Source: Flavobacteriales bacterium
GTDB taxonomy: Bacteria; Bacteroidota; Bacteroidia; Flavobacteriales; CAJXXR01
Direction of reading: 5' to 3'
DNA: 64,000 nt
Assembly (NCBI GenBank): GCA_025210805.1
Contig: JAOAQX010000011.1
Location: 673-64,672, forward strand
The translations under genes were made by a program, and so were the position numbers. Under the pieces are notes generated by a model. That model saw only the letters and a list, made by a program, of their open reading frames with translations. It did not search any database and had not been told where the DNA came from. Shown here piece after piece: positions 29,444 to 38,430 of the stretch; the stretch's first letter is position 1; every line of letters begins with the position of its first letter.

Positions 29444-30154
29444 ATGAATTTTTTTAAACGACTTTTCAAAATCGGGCAAGCAGAAGCCAACTCTGCCGTT
29501 GATAAAATGGAAGACCCGATAAAAATGACGGAACAAGGTATCCGTGATATGAAAGAAGAATTGGCAAAAAGCCTAGAAGCTCTTGCTGAAGTAAAAGCTA
29601 CGACAATAAGAGCCCATAAGGACTACGAAAGTTACCTTGCCAAAGCCGAGGAATACCAAACCAAAGCCTTACTCCTGCTCAAAAAAGCACAACAAGGCGA
29701 AATGGAAATGGCTGAAGCCGAAAATTTGGCTACTCAATCCTTAGTAAAAAAGGAACAGCAAACAGAACATGCCGAAGGTGCCAAAACAGAACATACCAAA
29801 CTTTCGCAATCTGTTTCTAATTTGGAAGGAAATATCAGCGAGCTAAGAAGCACCATCGAAAAATGGGAAAATGAACTCAAAACGCTTAAAGCTCGTGTAA
29901 AAGTAAGTAGTGCAACCAAAAAAATCAACAAAGAAATGGCAAGAATCGATCAAGATTCTACTGTTGAAATGTTAGAACGCATGAAAGAAAAAGTAGCTCA
30001 GGAAGAAGCCATGGCAGAAGCTTATGGTGACATTGCCGAAAAAGGAAAATCGATTGATAAAAAAATTGATAAAGCCATTGATACGCAAAAAGAATCGGCA
30101 AAAACTGAACTAGAAAAACTAAAAGATCAGTTAGGAATGACGGAAAATGAATAA
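29444..30154 (+). CDS. pspA: PspA/IM30 (Vipp1) family protein
   Basis: N-terminus MNFFKRLFKIGQAEANSAVDKMEDPIKMTEQGIRDMKEEL matches the PspA/IM30 start (FxRL…DKxEDPxKMxxQxIRDM). The whole 236 aa are a predicted coiled coil. Confidence 0.85.
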   Translation: MNFFKRLFKIGQAEANSAVDKMEDPIKMTEQGIRDMKEELAKSLEALAEVKATTIRAHKDYESYLAKAEEYQTKALLLLKKAQQGEMEMAEAENLATQSLVKKEQQTEHAEGAKTEHTKLSQSVSNLEGNISELRSTIEKWENELKTLKARVKVSSATKKINKEMARIDQDSTVEMLERMKEKVAQEEAMAEAYGDIAEKGKSIDKKIDKAIDTQKESAKTELEKLKDQLGMTENE

Positions 30155-30212
30155 GTTTACTGTTCAATAGTAAATTTTCCACAAAACAATACCTTAAAAC
30201 AAAGTAATAAAG

Positions 30213-30929
30213 ATGATCGATATTTTATTCTCCCCAGTCAATATGACGCTCACCATTTTACTGATAATTCTAATTTTATATTGGGTGATCTCTATGCTTA
30301 CGGGAACGGACTGGGATGTGGATGTAGATATCGACGTTGACGTAGATATTGATATAGATATTGATGCCGATATTAATCATCAAATTCCCACACAAGATTT
30401 TGAGTTTGGAGAACTTTCCAATACTGAGATTAACAAGGAAGATATTTTGTCCAAAAGACTTCCCAGAAAGCTCAAATGGTGGCAAATAGTACTCATTCAT
30501 TTCAATTTTGTGGGACTTCCTTTTATGTTCACTTTTACCTGTTGGATTTTCTTCTGGTGGTTTACCACGCTTTTATCCACCTATATCACGGGGAGTTATG
30601 ACAATTCCTTTGGATTCATTCTTTTCTTTATTCTGTTGATTCCTTCTTTGTATCTCACAAAATTGTTCACCATTCCTTTTAAAGCATTTTTTAAAAACAT
30701 CAACAAAGATGGTGACCAAGCCATCAATTTTGAAGGTAGGCTTGGACATATCAAATCGAGTATTTCGGGAGAAAAACTCGGCACGGCAGAACTCATCATT
30801 GAAGGCAACCCTTATATATTGAATGTAAAAGCATTCGAAGGACAGAAGATTGAATACGGACAACAAATTTTGGTCATTATTCAAGATTCCTCCAAAACTT
30901 TTTATTTAGTAAAACCATATTCCAATTAA
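30213..30929 (+). CDS. NfeD-like/YqiJ-like membrane protein with acidic (DV/DI)n repeat
   Basis: TM helices, a DWDVDVDIDVDVDIDIDIDADINH repeat, and a C-terminal OB-fold-like segment (GRLGHIKSSISGEKLGTAELIIEGNPYILNVKAFEGQKIEYGQQILVI) typical of NfeD partners of SPFH proteins. Confidence 0.6.
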   Translation: MIDILFSPVNMTLTILLIILILYWVISMLTGTDWDVDVDIDVDVDIDIDIDADINHQIPTQDFEFGELSNTEINKEDILSKRLPRKLKWWQIVLIHFNFVGLPFMFTFTCWIFFWWFTTLLSTYITGSYDNSFGFILFFILLIPSLYLTKLFTIPFKAFFKNINKDGDQAINFEGRLGHIKSSISGEKLGTAELIIEGNPYILNVKAFEGQKIEYGQQILVIIQDSSKTFYLVKPYSN

Positions 30930-30950
30930 TTAAACCTTAAAAATAACACT

Positions 30951-33050
30951 ATGACAGATGAAATTTTATCCATTGTAGGAATAGGAGTAGGAGTCATACT
31001 CTTTTTGGTGATTGTATATTTCGCCATTATCGCCATGTTCTACCGAAAAATCCCACAAGGAAAAGCCTTGGTGAGAACAGGTTTCGGGGGAACCAAAGTA
31101 GCTACGGACAAAGGACTTTATGTAGTTCCCGTATTCCACAAAGTAGAAATCATGGATATTTCGGTAAAAAAGATTGATATCGAACGTATTTCGTCGGATG
31201 GTCTTTTGTGTAAAGACAACCTGAGAGCGGATATCAAAGTAGCCTTTTTTGTAAGAGTAAACAATGAAGTGGAGCATATCAAAAAGGTAGCTCAAACCAT
31301 TGGGTGTACCCGTGCCTCAAGCCATGCTACTTTAGAAGCACTTTTTGAAGCCAAGTTCTCGGAAGCCTTAAAAACAGTAGGAAAAAAATTCGATTTTATT
31401 GAACTTTACGAAGCTCGTAGAGAGTTTAGAGACGAAATTATCAATATTATCGGAACCGATCTAAATGGATATATTTTAGATGATTGTGCCATCGATTATT
31501 TAGAACAAACTTCTATCGGACATCTAAAACCTGATAATATTTTGGATGCCGAGGGAATCAAAAAGATTACCGAGTTAACGGCTATTCAAAACAAAAAAGC
31601 CAATTTGATCAAAAGAGATGAAGAAAAAGTCATCCGCAAGCAAGATGTTGAAGCTCGTGAAGCTATTTTGGAACTCGACAAACAACTGGCTGAAAAAGAA
31701 GAACAACAGGCTCGTGAAATTGCCAATATTAAAGCTAGAGAACAAGCTGAAATAGACAAGGTAGCTTCAGAAGAAAGGCTTAAAGCAGAAAATGCTCGAA
31801 TTGCATCGGATGAGAAAATTGCTATTGCCGAAGAAAACAAAGATCGCCAAATCATTGTAGCTCAAAAAAACAAAGAACGTACAGACGCTGTCGAGACCGA
31901 AAGAGTGGAAAAAGACCGTGCTTTGGAAGCTACCGAAAGAGAACGCATAGTTACACTCGCTCAGATCGAGAAGGAAAAAGTAGTGGAAGTAGAAAAGAAA
32001 AATATCCAAGACGTAATCCGAGATCGTGTGGCGCTTGAAAAAGGAGTTGTAGAAGAACAAGAAAACATCAAAGACCTGGAAGCTTTTAAGGAAGCCGAAA
32101 GAGAAAAACAAGTAGCGATTACCCATGCAGAAAAAGCTGCCGAGGAAAATATGATTCAGCAAATAAAAGTAGCTGAGGCCGAAAAAGAAGCTTCGAAACA
32201 AAAAGCAGAACAACTGCAAATAGAAGCTCAGGCACAAAAAGATGCTGCCGTAAAAGAAGCAGATGCCCGTAAAACCATTGCCGAAGCGAGAGCCAAAGAA
32301 GAAGCTGCCATTGGTATTTCGGAAGCTCAAGTAATGCATGCCAAAGCAGAAGCCAGCGAAAGACAAGGATTTGTGGAAGCCAATGTAACAGAAAAACAAG
32401 CCTTAGCGGAAGCTATCGGAATTAAAGCCAAAGCCGATGCACTCAAGGAACAAGGTCTTGCAGAAGCAGAAGTGATTCGTCAAAAAGGAGAATCGGAGGC
32501 CGATATCATCAAACAAAAAGCCTTTGCAGAAGCCGTAGGAATAGACGAAAAAGCAGAAGCCATGAAGAAATTTGATGGTGTAGGTAGAGAACACGAAGAA
32601 TTTAAACTGAAACTGGATAAAGAACTTCAAGTGGACTTGGCACAAATTAATATTCAAAAAGAAATTGCTGATGCACAAGCTATGGTAATTGCCGAAGCCC
32701 TAAAAGCTGCTAATATTGATATTGTAGGTGGAGAGACCATGTTCTTTGACCAGATTATCGGGCAAGTAACTAGAGCCAAAGGATTCGATCGTTTGGTAGC
32801 ACATTCTGAAACCGTAACCGATGTAAAAGACGCTATTTTAGGTTCTGATGACGTAAAAGGAAATCTTTTAGAAAAAGTACGAGATATGGCAATCAAATAC
32901 GGAGTCTCTTCAGAAGATCTTAAAAACCTAAGTATTGCCCAGCTTATTTTTAAACTGCAAAGCGAAGCTTCTTCTGATGAAAAACAAGGAATCAGTGGAT
33001 TATTAGGATTAGCGAAAGCTTTAGGTTTGGACCAAAATAAATTGTCCTAA
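30951..33050 (+). CDS. flotillin family protein (SPFH/band-7 domain plus long E/A/K-rich coiled coil)
   Basis: N-terminal TM, SPFH core (…GFGGTKVATDKGLYVVPVFHKVEIMDISVKKIDIER…), then ~400 aa of EA-repeat coiled coil as in YqiK/FloT. Confidence 0.85.
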   Translation: MTDEILSIVGIGVGVILFLVIVYFAIIAMFYRKIPQGKALVRTGFGGTKVATDKGLYVVPVFHKVEIMDISVKKIDIERISSDGLLCKDNLRADIKVAFFVRVNNEVEHIKKVAQTIGCTRASSHATLEALFEAKFSEALKTVGKKFDFIELYEARREFRDEIINIIGTDLNGYILDDCAIDYLEQTSIGHLKPDNILDAEGIKKITELTAIQNKKANLIKRDEEKVIRKQDVEAREAILELDKQLAEKEEQQAREIANIKAREQAEIDKVASEERLKAENARIASDEKIAIAEENKDRQIIVAQKNKERTDAVETERVEKDRALEATERERIVTLAQIEKEKVVEVEKKNIQDVIRDRVALEKGVVEEQENIKDLEAFKEAEREKQVAITHAEKAAEENMIQQIKVAEAEKEASKQKAEQLQIEAQAQKDAAVKEADARKTIAEARAKEEAAIGISEAQVMHAKAEASERQGFVEANVTEKQALAEAIGIKAKADALKEQGLAEAEVIRQKGESEADIIKQKAFAEAVGIDEKAEAMKKFDGVGREHEEFKLKLDKELQVDLAQINIQKEIADAQAMVIAEALKAANIDIVGGETMFFDQIIGQVTRAKGFDRLVAHSETVTDVKDAILGSDDVKGNLLEKVRDMAIKYGVSSEDLKNLSIAQLIFKLQSEASSDEKQGISGLLGLAKALGLDQNKLS

Positions 33051-33098
33051 GCAAGAGAAATAGTTTAGTTTTTTCAACAAAATGGAGTTGTACCAAAA

Positions 33099-33539
33099 GT
33101 GATACATTGCTTTTGGTACACAAAACTCCTATCAGGAATTTTATCAATAAAAAGGATGTTTACTATCATCATATACAGCATATTGTCAGGATTATTTTCC
33201 TATTTTCTCTATATGCTTTTTAGCTCCAAGAATATTGGATGGAATGCAGATACTCTGCTCCCCATCTTAATTATGAGTGCGGTAAGCGTTTTGATGATCA
33301 GCCTTTTGTTTTCACAAGAATACCTACTTACAGATCAAACTTCTACCGAAACTAAAAAGCCCGTATTTATGGAGCGCATTGATTCTATTTCGTATATAAG
33401 TTCGAAAAAAGATTCAGCACTTCTCCCAACAGATTCCACTATTTCGGAAGCTTATCATCCGTCTTTTGACAAGCTCTTTATCACTCCAAGACGAGCCCAT
33501 TTTTTTACACAAGAAATCATCAAAAGTCAGATTAAATAA
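33099..33539 (+). CDS. small predicted membrane protein (uncertain)
   Basis: 146-aa ORF filling the flotillin-giant gap, with two hydrophobic helices. The annotated start lies inside a 10-bp-stem hairpin (33094-33123), so the real start may be the internal Met. Confidence 0.3.
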   Translation: MIHCFWYTKLLSGILSIKRMFTIIIYSILSGLFSYFLYMLFSSKNIGWNADTLLPILIMSAVSVLMISLLFSQEYLLTDQTSTETKKPVFMERIDSISYISSKKDSALLPTDSTISEAYHPSFDKLFITPRRAHFFTQEIIKSQIK

Positions 33540-33569
33540 ACCTACCCCACACTAGAAATACAATAATAT

Positions 33570-36500
33570 ATGAGCCTAGAAACTGGTACATACGAAATCA
33601 TACAAGGAAGATTAGAAAAGCAAAAAAAAGATCTATTAGAAAGACTGGAAAAGCTCAATAATTCCAGAAAAGAAGTCTTTGGTGCTGTAGATCTAAAAAT
33701 TATTGCCAATAAAAGGATCAATACGGATAATAATTGTATTGCTCGAGATATTATTTCTTTTGGAAATACCTGTCTTTTGGGGTATAATGTACATATAGGT
33801 CTGCGATCGCAAATTAAACTTTCCGATGTTTTTTCTGCCTACCAATTTGAGAATGGAAATTTTAAAGCCATTGATTTAACACTCATTAATGATGAGGCTT
33901 TTATTAATGATTTCGAGAACCTATACAAATACTATCGAGATACTATTTTTGCTCGTTTTGCCATTATTGGGAATTATGTCCACATGGTTTTTCAGATTTC
34001 GGATAAAATTCATGATATAAAAACCTTCAAATGGCTCTTGAATGACAATCAATTGCGTTATATCGATAATCGATCTGATTTTGAATATGGTTTTCCAAAC
34101 CAACATGAATTTGAATGGAAAAAACCAGTAAGAGAAATGCACCGATACGGTACACATGCCCATGTTTCTATTCTAGATAAAGTATTTGTAGAAACCATTG
34201 GTGGCGATCTTACGATAAAGATAGAAGACAATACCGACATTGGACAAGGGATCTTTTCGGAACCTGTAGAATTTCAAGATCAAACCCTAGATGATGCCGA
34301 GTATTTCTATGCAGATTTAGGTAATCTGATTATCCTAAAAATTAAACCCTACCAAGAAGATTTTCGATATTTTGTGTATAACCACAAAGTACAAGAAGTC
34401 TATAAAATAGACAGCATCAAAGATGCAACTGTTTTGCTTCCCGAAAATCAAGGAATTTTATTTCCAAACGGTTATTATCTTCAAACTGGAACTTACAAAC
34501 TCTTTGAAAAAAGCATTGAGCAGGTTAAGTTCTTAAAACGACTTGCAGCTCCCAATGGAGAGGATTTTATCTTTGTATTCTACGAAGAAGCCAAAGGGGA
34601 TTTTGTTTTGATATTTTATAATATTATCGATCAAGAAATAAAAACACCCATTATTTGCAACGGATACACCGTTTTTCCCGATGGAGAACTTTCTTATTTT
34701 AAAGCCGAAGAAGACGCTACCAAACACCATGTAATCCAAATTTGGCAAACGCCATTTACCAAGAAAACACTCGTTCAATCGGAACATTCAGATCGTTTGA
34801 TTTATAAAATTGGGAATAAAGACCTTGTAAAAGCCATGGCAGAAAGTAGGGAACTCATTGGCTTGCTCAATAAAGAGGATTCTTACGATGGGCTTTATGA
34901 TGATATTGCCAAGCTTTCTGGAGATATAGTTGATTCCTACTATTGGATACATGAGCCCGAAACCGCACAATTATCGGTTCCTTTATCAGAAATTCAAAAC
35001 ACGGCAAATACTGCCATAGACGAGTTTGAAAAAGTCATTCAACTCAAAAAACAGGCAAAAGAAAAAACCGACGCACTTTCTCAAGAAGCCAAACAACTTT
35101 TTGATGAAATAAAACACGCACGTTTTCAAGATATTCAGGAATTCGTGGAAGTTTTAGCTAATCTGAGATTACTCAGAGGAAATACAATTGGACTCAAAGA
35201 TATTCGCTACACCGAAAATGCCTTTATTGAAGCGCTAGAAAACGAAATCGTTGAAAAAACAGGACATATTTCTACTCGCTGTGTAGATTTCTTGATGAAT
35301 GCGGAAGCCTTGCTTCCTTACACCCAAGCCGTAAAAGAAAAAGAGGCAAATATTGAAGCCGTCAAAAAAGTAATTGATGGGAAAAAGCTTCACGAAGAAT
35401 TGGAAAAAATTAGTGCAGATCTAGAACTTCTCATTGATATTGTGAATAATTTGGAAATTGAAGATACGGCACATTCTACGCAAATAATAGATGGTATTTC
35501 GGTCATTTTTGCGGAACTCAACCGTGTAAAAGCCTCCTTAAAAAGAAGACTTTCTAATCTTGGGACTGCCGAAGCTCAAGCAGATTTTACGGCACAAATA
35601 AAACTTTTTGATCAGTCTGTGCTCAATGCTTTGGATCTTTCACAAACACCCGAAAAATGTGATGAATACCTCACTAAACTATCAGTTCAACTAGAAGAAA
35701 TAGAAGGGAAATTTGCCGAATATGACGAATTTGTCAACCATATTTTAGAAAAAAGAGAAGAAATTTATTCGGCATTCGAAACCCGAAAAAATGCCTTAAT
35801 TGAAAAACGCAACAAAAGATCTCTGACACTTTCCAACTCGGCAGATAGAATCTTGAAAGGCGTACGTAAGAAGGCCCAAACCTTTAGAACTGCCGAAGAA
35901 ATACACGCTTACTTTGCTGCCGATATTATGGTTGCCAAAATCCATGATATCATCCAAAACCTCAACGATCTGGAAGATTCTGGAAAAGCAGAACAAATTG
36001 CTTCCAAATTAAAGATAAGCAAAGAAGAAAGTCTCAGAAAACTTAAAGATAAACTAGAATTATACGAAGAAGGTGATCATATCATCCGTTTTGGAAATCA
36101 TCGTTTTGGGGTGAATCAACAACCGTTAGATTTAAGTATTGTAGAGCAAGATCACCAACTATTTTTTCATCTTTCTGGTTCAGACTTTTATGAGCAGGTG
36201 AAAGACGAAAATATCCGAAATCACCAATCTCTTTGGAATGCGGAATATGTTTCGGAAAACACACATGTTTACCGCAGTGAGTATTTAGCTTTTCAAATGC
36301 TAAAAAAATATACTTCGGAACAATTACTCAAACCAGATTTTCTAAAAAAAATCATCAAAGAATATACTTCAAAACACTATACCGAAGGATATACCAAAGG
36401 TGTGCACGATAGTGATGCCGAAACTTTAGTAACTGCCTTAGCGCAGATTCAACAGAGTATGGGATTGTTAAAATTCTCTCCTGAAATAAGAGGTAAAGCC

Positions 36501-38384
36501 TTATGGTTTTGGAAGAGTTTGAATCCTCAAAAACATCAAAGTTGGCAAGAAAAAATATCCGCTGCTCAGCAAGTGCTCCAACTGTTCCCAAAATCGGAAA
36601 ATTTCACTTTTCTAATTGATGAGCTAGAAGAAGCTGTAGCTCATTTCTATTCTGACTGGAAAGGATGGAAAACAACAGAGAACCGAACCATTGCCTTATA
36701 TCTTTTTGAGGAGTTTCAAAAAGAAGACTCAATCATAATCAGCCGAAAGGCAGAAAAAATCTATCAAGAATTTATAGCGCATCTCCAAAACAATCAAGCA
36801 AAAAGCACTTTTACTAAGCGTATAGAAAAGATGGAAAACTTGGAAGAGAAAGTTGCCTACTGCCAATATTGGTTATCGGCTTTCATACAAAATAGCCAAG
36901 ACCCAGATACACTCTTCTATATTTATGAAATTATCGCTCTAATTCTCTTCGATTTTTCTTCATTTACCCATGTCAATACAACTGAAACGCTAAAAGAAAT
37001 TGCTCTCATTGGAGCACATCCTTCGATAAAAAACGGGAGCTACACCTTAAATTATCATAGCTTCTTTGACAAACTCACCCGTTTTGAACAAGAATATATT
37101 CCGCAGTTTTTAGCTTTTAAAAATGCTAAACAAACCCTTTTACAAGAGAAAAAAGCGAGTTTAAAACTAAATGAATTTAAACCCAAAGTTTTGGCTTCGT
37201 TTGTTAGAAATAAACTTATAGACCAAGTATATCTTCCACTTTTTGGGAGCAATCTTGCCAAACAACTAGGTACCGTTGGCGACAACAAAAGAGTGGATCG
37301 GATGGGAATGCTCTTACTCATCTCTCCGCCTGGATACGGAAAAACGACCCTGATGGAATATATTGCCAACCGTATGGGGATGACTTTTATGAAAATAAAC
37401 GGACCCGCCATTGGGCATGAAGTTACTTCAGTGGATCCAATGTCTGCCAACAACTCGGCCGCCAGAGAAGAGCTCAAAAAACTTAATCTCGCCTTTGAAA
37501 TGGGAAATAATGTGATGCTTTACCTAGACGATATTCAGCATTGCAACCCAGAATTTTTACAAAAATTTATTTCCCTTGCCGACGGACAAAGAAAAATAGA
37601 AGGAGTCTATAATGGTCAACCTAAGACTTATGATTTTAGGGAGAAAAAATTCTGTATCATCATGGCAGGAAATCCTTATACCGAAAGTGGAGAAAAATTT
37701 CAAATTCCCGATATGCTCACCAACCGATCAGACATTTATAATCTGGGAGACATTATCGGAGAATCGGCACAGTTGTTTGAACTAAGTATGGTAGAAAATG
37801 CTTTGAGCTCAAATACTATTCTAAGGAATCTGAGTACACAAAGCATGGACGATCTGTACGAAATCATCCATTTTATTGAAGGAAACAAACAAGGAACCTT
37901 AAACCTAAAGGGCAACCACAGTAAGAGTGATATAGAAACCTATGTAGCTACCTTAGAAAAACTATTGAAGATAAGAGATATTGTTCTCCAAGTAAACAAA
38001 ACCTATATCGAATCGGCTTCTATGGATGATGCTTACCGTACCGAACCTTCTTTTAAACTCCAAGGGTCTTACCGAGACATGAATAAACTAGCCGAGAAAA
38101 TACTCCCCATCATGAATGCTAAAGAATTAGAAATATTAGTCAATACGCATTATGAAAATGAATCTCAAACTTTAACCTCTGCCTCAGAAGCCAATTTATT
38201 AAAGTATAAAGAACTCACGAAACAACTCACAGAAGATGAAATAGAAAGGTGGAAAAGCATCAAGCAAACGTTTAAAGAAAATCAATCGACTCAATCGGAT
38301 AGTTATATGCAATCACTTTTGGAAGAATTGGCAAAATTGACCGATGGTTTAGATGGGATAAAAGGTGTGCTGGGAAAAAGATAA
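33570..38384 (+). CDS. 1604-aa protein with C-terminal AAA+ ATPase domain of the AAA_5 (MoxR/dynein/McrB-like) class; N-terminal ~1250 aa of unknown function
   Basis: Walker A LLISPPGYGKTTLMEY (nt 37332-37349 encode GYGKTT). Walker B VMLYLDDIQH. Sensor-1 region FCIIMAGNPYTESGEKFQIPDMLTNRSDIY matches the MoxR-type pattern. Long predicted coiled-coil stretches in the middle. Uninterrupted ORF. Confidence 0.8.
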   Translation: MSLETGTYEIIQGRLEKQKKDLLERLEKLNNSRKEVFGAVDLKIIANKRINTDNNCIARDIISFGNTCLLGYNVHIGLRSQIKLSDVFSAYQFENGNFKAIDLTLINDEAFINDFENLYKYYRDTIFARFAIIGNYVHMVFQISDKIHDIKTFKWLLNDNQLRYIDNRSDFEYGFPNQHEFEWKKPVREMHRYGTHAHVSILDKVFVETIGGDLTIKIEDNTDIGQGIFSEPVEFQDQTLDDAEYFYADLGNLIILKIKPYQEDFRYFVYNHKVQEVYKIDSIKDATVLLPENQGILFPNGYYLQTGTYKLFEKSIEQVKFLKRLAAPNGEDFIFVFYEEAKGDFVLIFYNIIDQEIKTPIICNGYTVFPDGELSYFKAEEDATKHHVIQIWQTPFTKKTLVQSEHSDRLIYKIGNKDLVKAMAESRELIGLLNKEDSYDGLYDDIAKLSGDIVDSYYWIHEPETAQLSVPLSEIQNTANTAIDEFEKVIQLKKQAKEKTDALSQEAKQLFDEIKHARFQDIQEFVEVLANLRLLRGNTIGLKDIRYTENAFIEALENEIVEKTGHISTRCVDFLMNAEALLPYTQAVKEKEANIEAVKKVIDGKKLHEELEKISADLELLIDIVNNLEIEDTAHSTQIIDGISVIFAELNRVKASLKRRLSNLGTAEAQADFTAQIKLFDQSVLNALDLSQTPEKCDEYLTKLSVQLEEIEGKFAEYDEFVNHILEKREEIYSAFETRKNALIEKRNKRSLTLSNSADRILKGVRKKAQTFRTAEEIHAYFAADIMVAKIHDIIQNLNDLEDSGKAEQIASKLKISKEESLRKLKDKLELYEEGDHIIRFGNHRFGVNQQPLDLSIVEQDHQLFFHLSGSDFYEQVKDENIRNHQSLWNAEYVSENTHVYRSEYLAFQMLKKYTSEQLLKPDFLKKIIKEYTSKHYTEGYTKGVHDSDAETLVTALAQIQQSMGLLKFSPEIRGKALWFWKSLNPQKHQSWQEKISAAQQVLQLFPKSENFTFLIDELEEAVAHFYSDWKGWKTTENRTIALYLFEEFQKEDSIIISRKAEKIYQEFIAHLQNNQAKSTFTKRIEKMENLEEKVAYCQYWLSAFIQNSQDPDTLFYIYEIIALILFDFSSFTHVNTTETLKEIALIGAHPSIKNGSYTLNYHSFFDKLTRFEQEYIPQFLAFKNAKQTLLQEKKASLKLNEFKPKVLASFVRNKLIDQVYLPLFGSNLAKQLGTVGDNKRVDRMGMLLLISPPGYGKTTLMEYIANRMGMTFMKINGPAIGHEVTSVDPMSANNSAAREELKKLNLAFEMGNNVMLYLDDIQHCNPEFLQKFISLADGQRKIEGVYNGQPKTYDFREKKFCIIMAGNPYTESGEKFQIPDMLTNRSDIYNLGDIIGESAQLFELSMVENALSSNTILRNLSTQSMDDLYEIIHFIEGNKQGTLNLKGNHSKSDIETYVATLEKLLKIRDIVLQVNKTYIESASMDDAYRTEPSFKLQGSYRDMNKLAEKILPIMNAKELEILVNTHYENESQTLTSASEANLLKYKELTKQLTEDEIERWKSIKQTFKENQSTQSDSYMQSLLEELAKLTDGLDGIKGVLGKR

Positions 38385-38419
38385 TTCCTAAACAAGCAAT
38401 GTTTTCAGAAAGATAAATT

Positions 38420-38427
38420 TATTTTTG
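38420..38427 (+). promoter_or_regulatory. Bacteroidetes-type -7 promoter element (TAnnTTTG) for rnpB
   Basis: TATTTTTG lies 4-6 nt upstream of the predicted RNase P RNA 5' end. Confidence 0.35.
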
Positions 38428-38430
38428 CAC

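Noticed and set aside
31586-32896. Four minus-strand ORFs (89, 210, 91 and 80 aa) inside the flotillin gene
   Set aside because: They are antisense to the GAA/GCA-rich coiled-coil coding region. Their translations are low-complexity F/S/L-rich strings. The plus-strand flotillin reading frame is long, motif-bearing and clearly the real gene.
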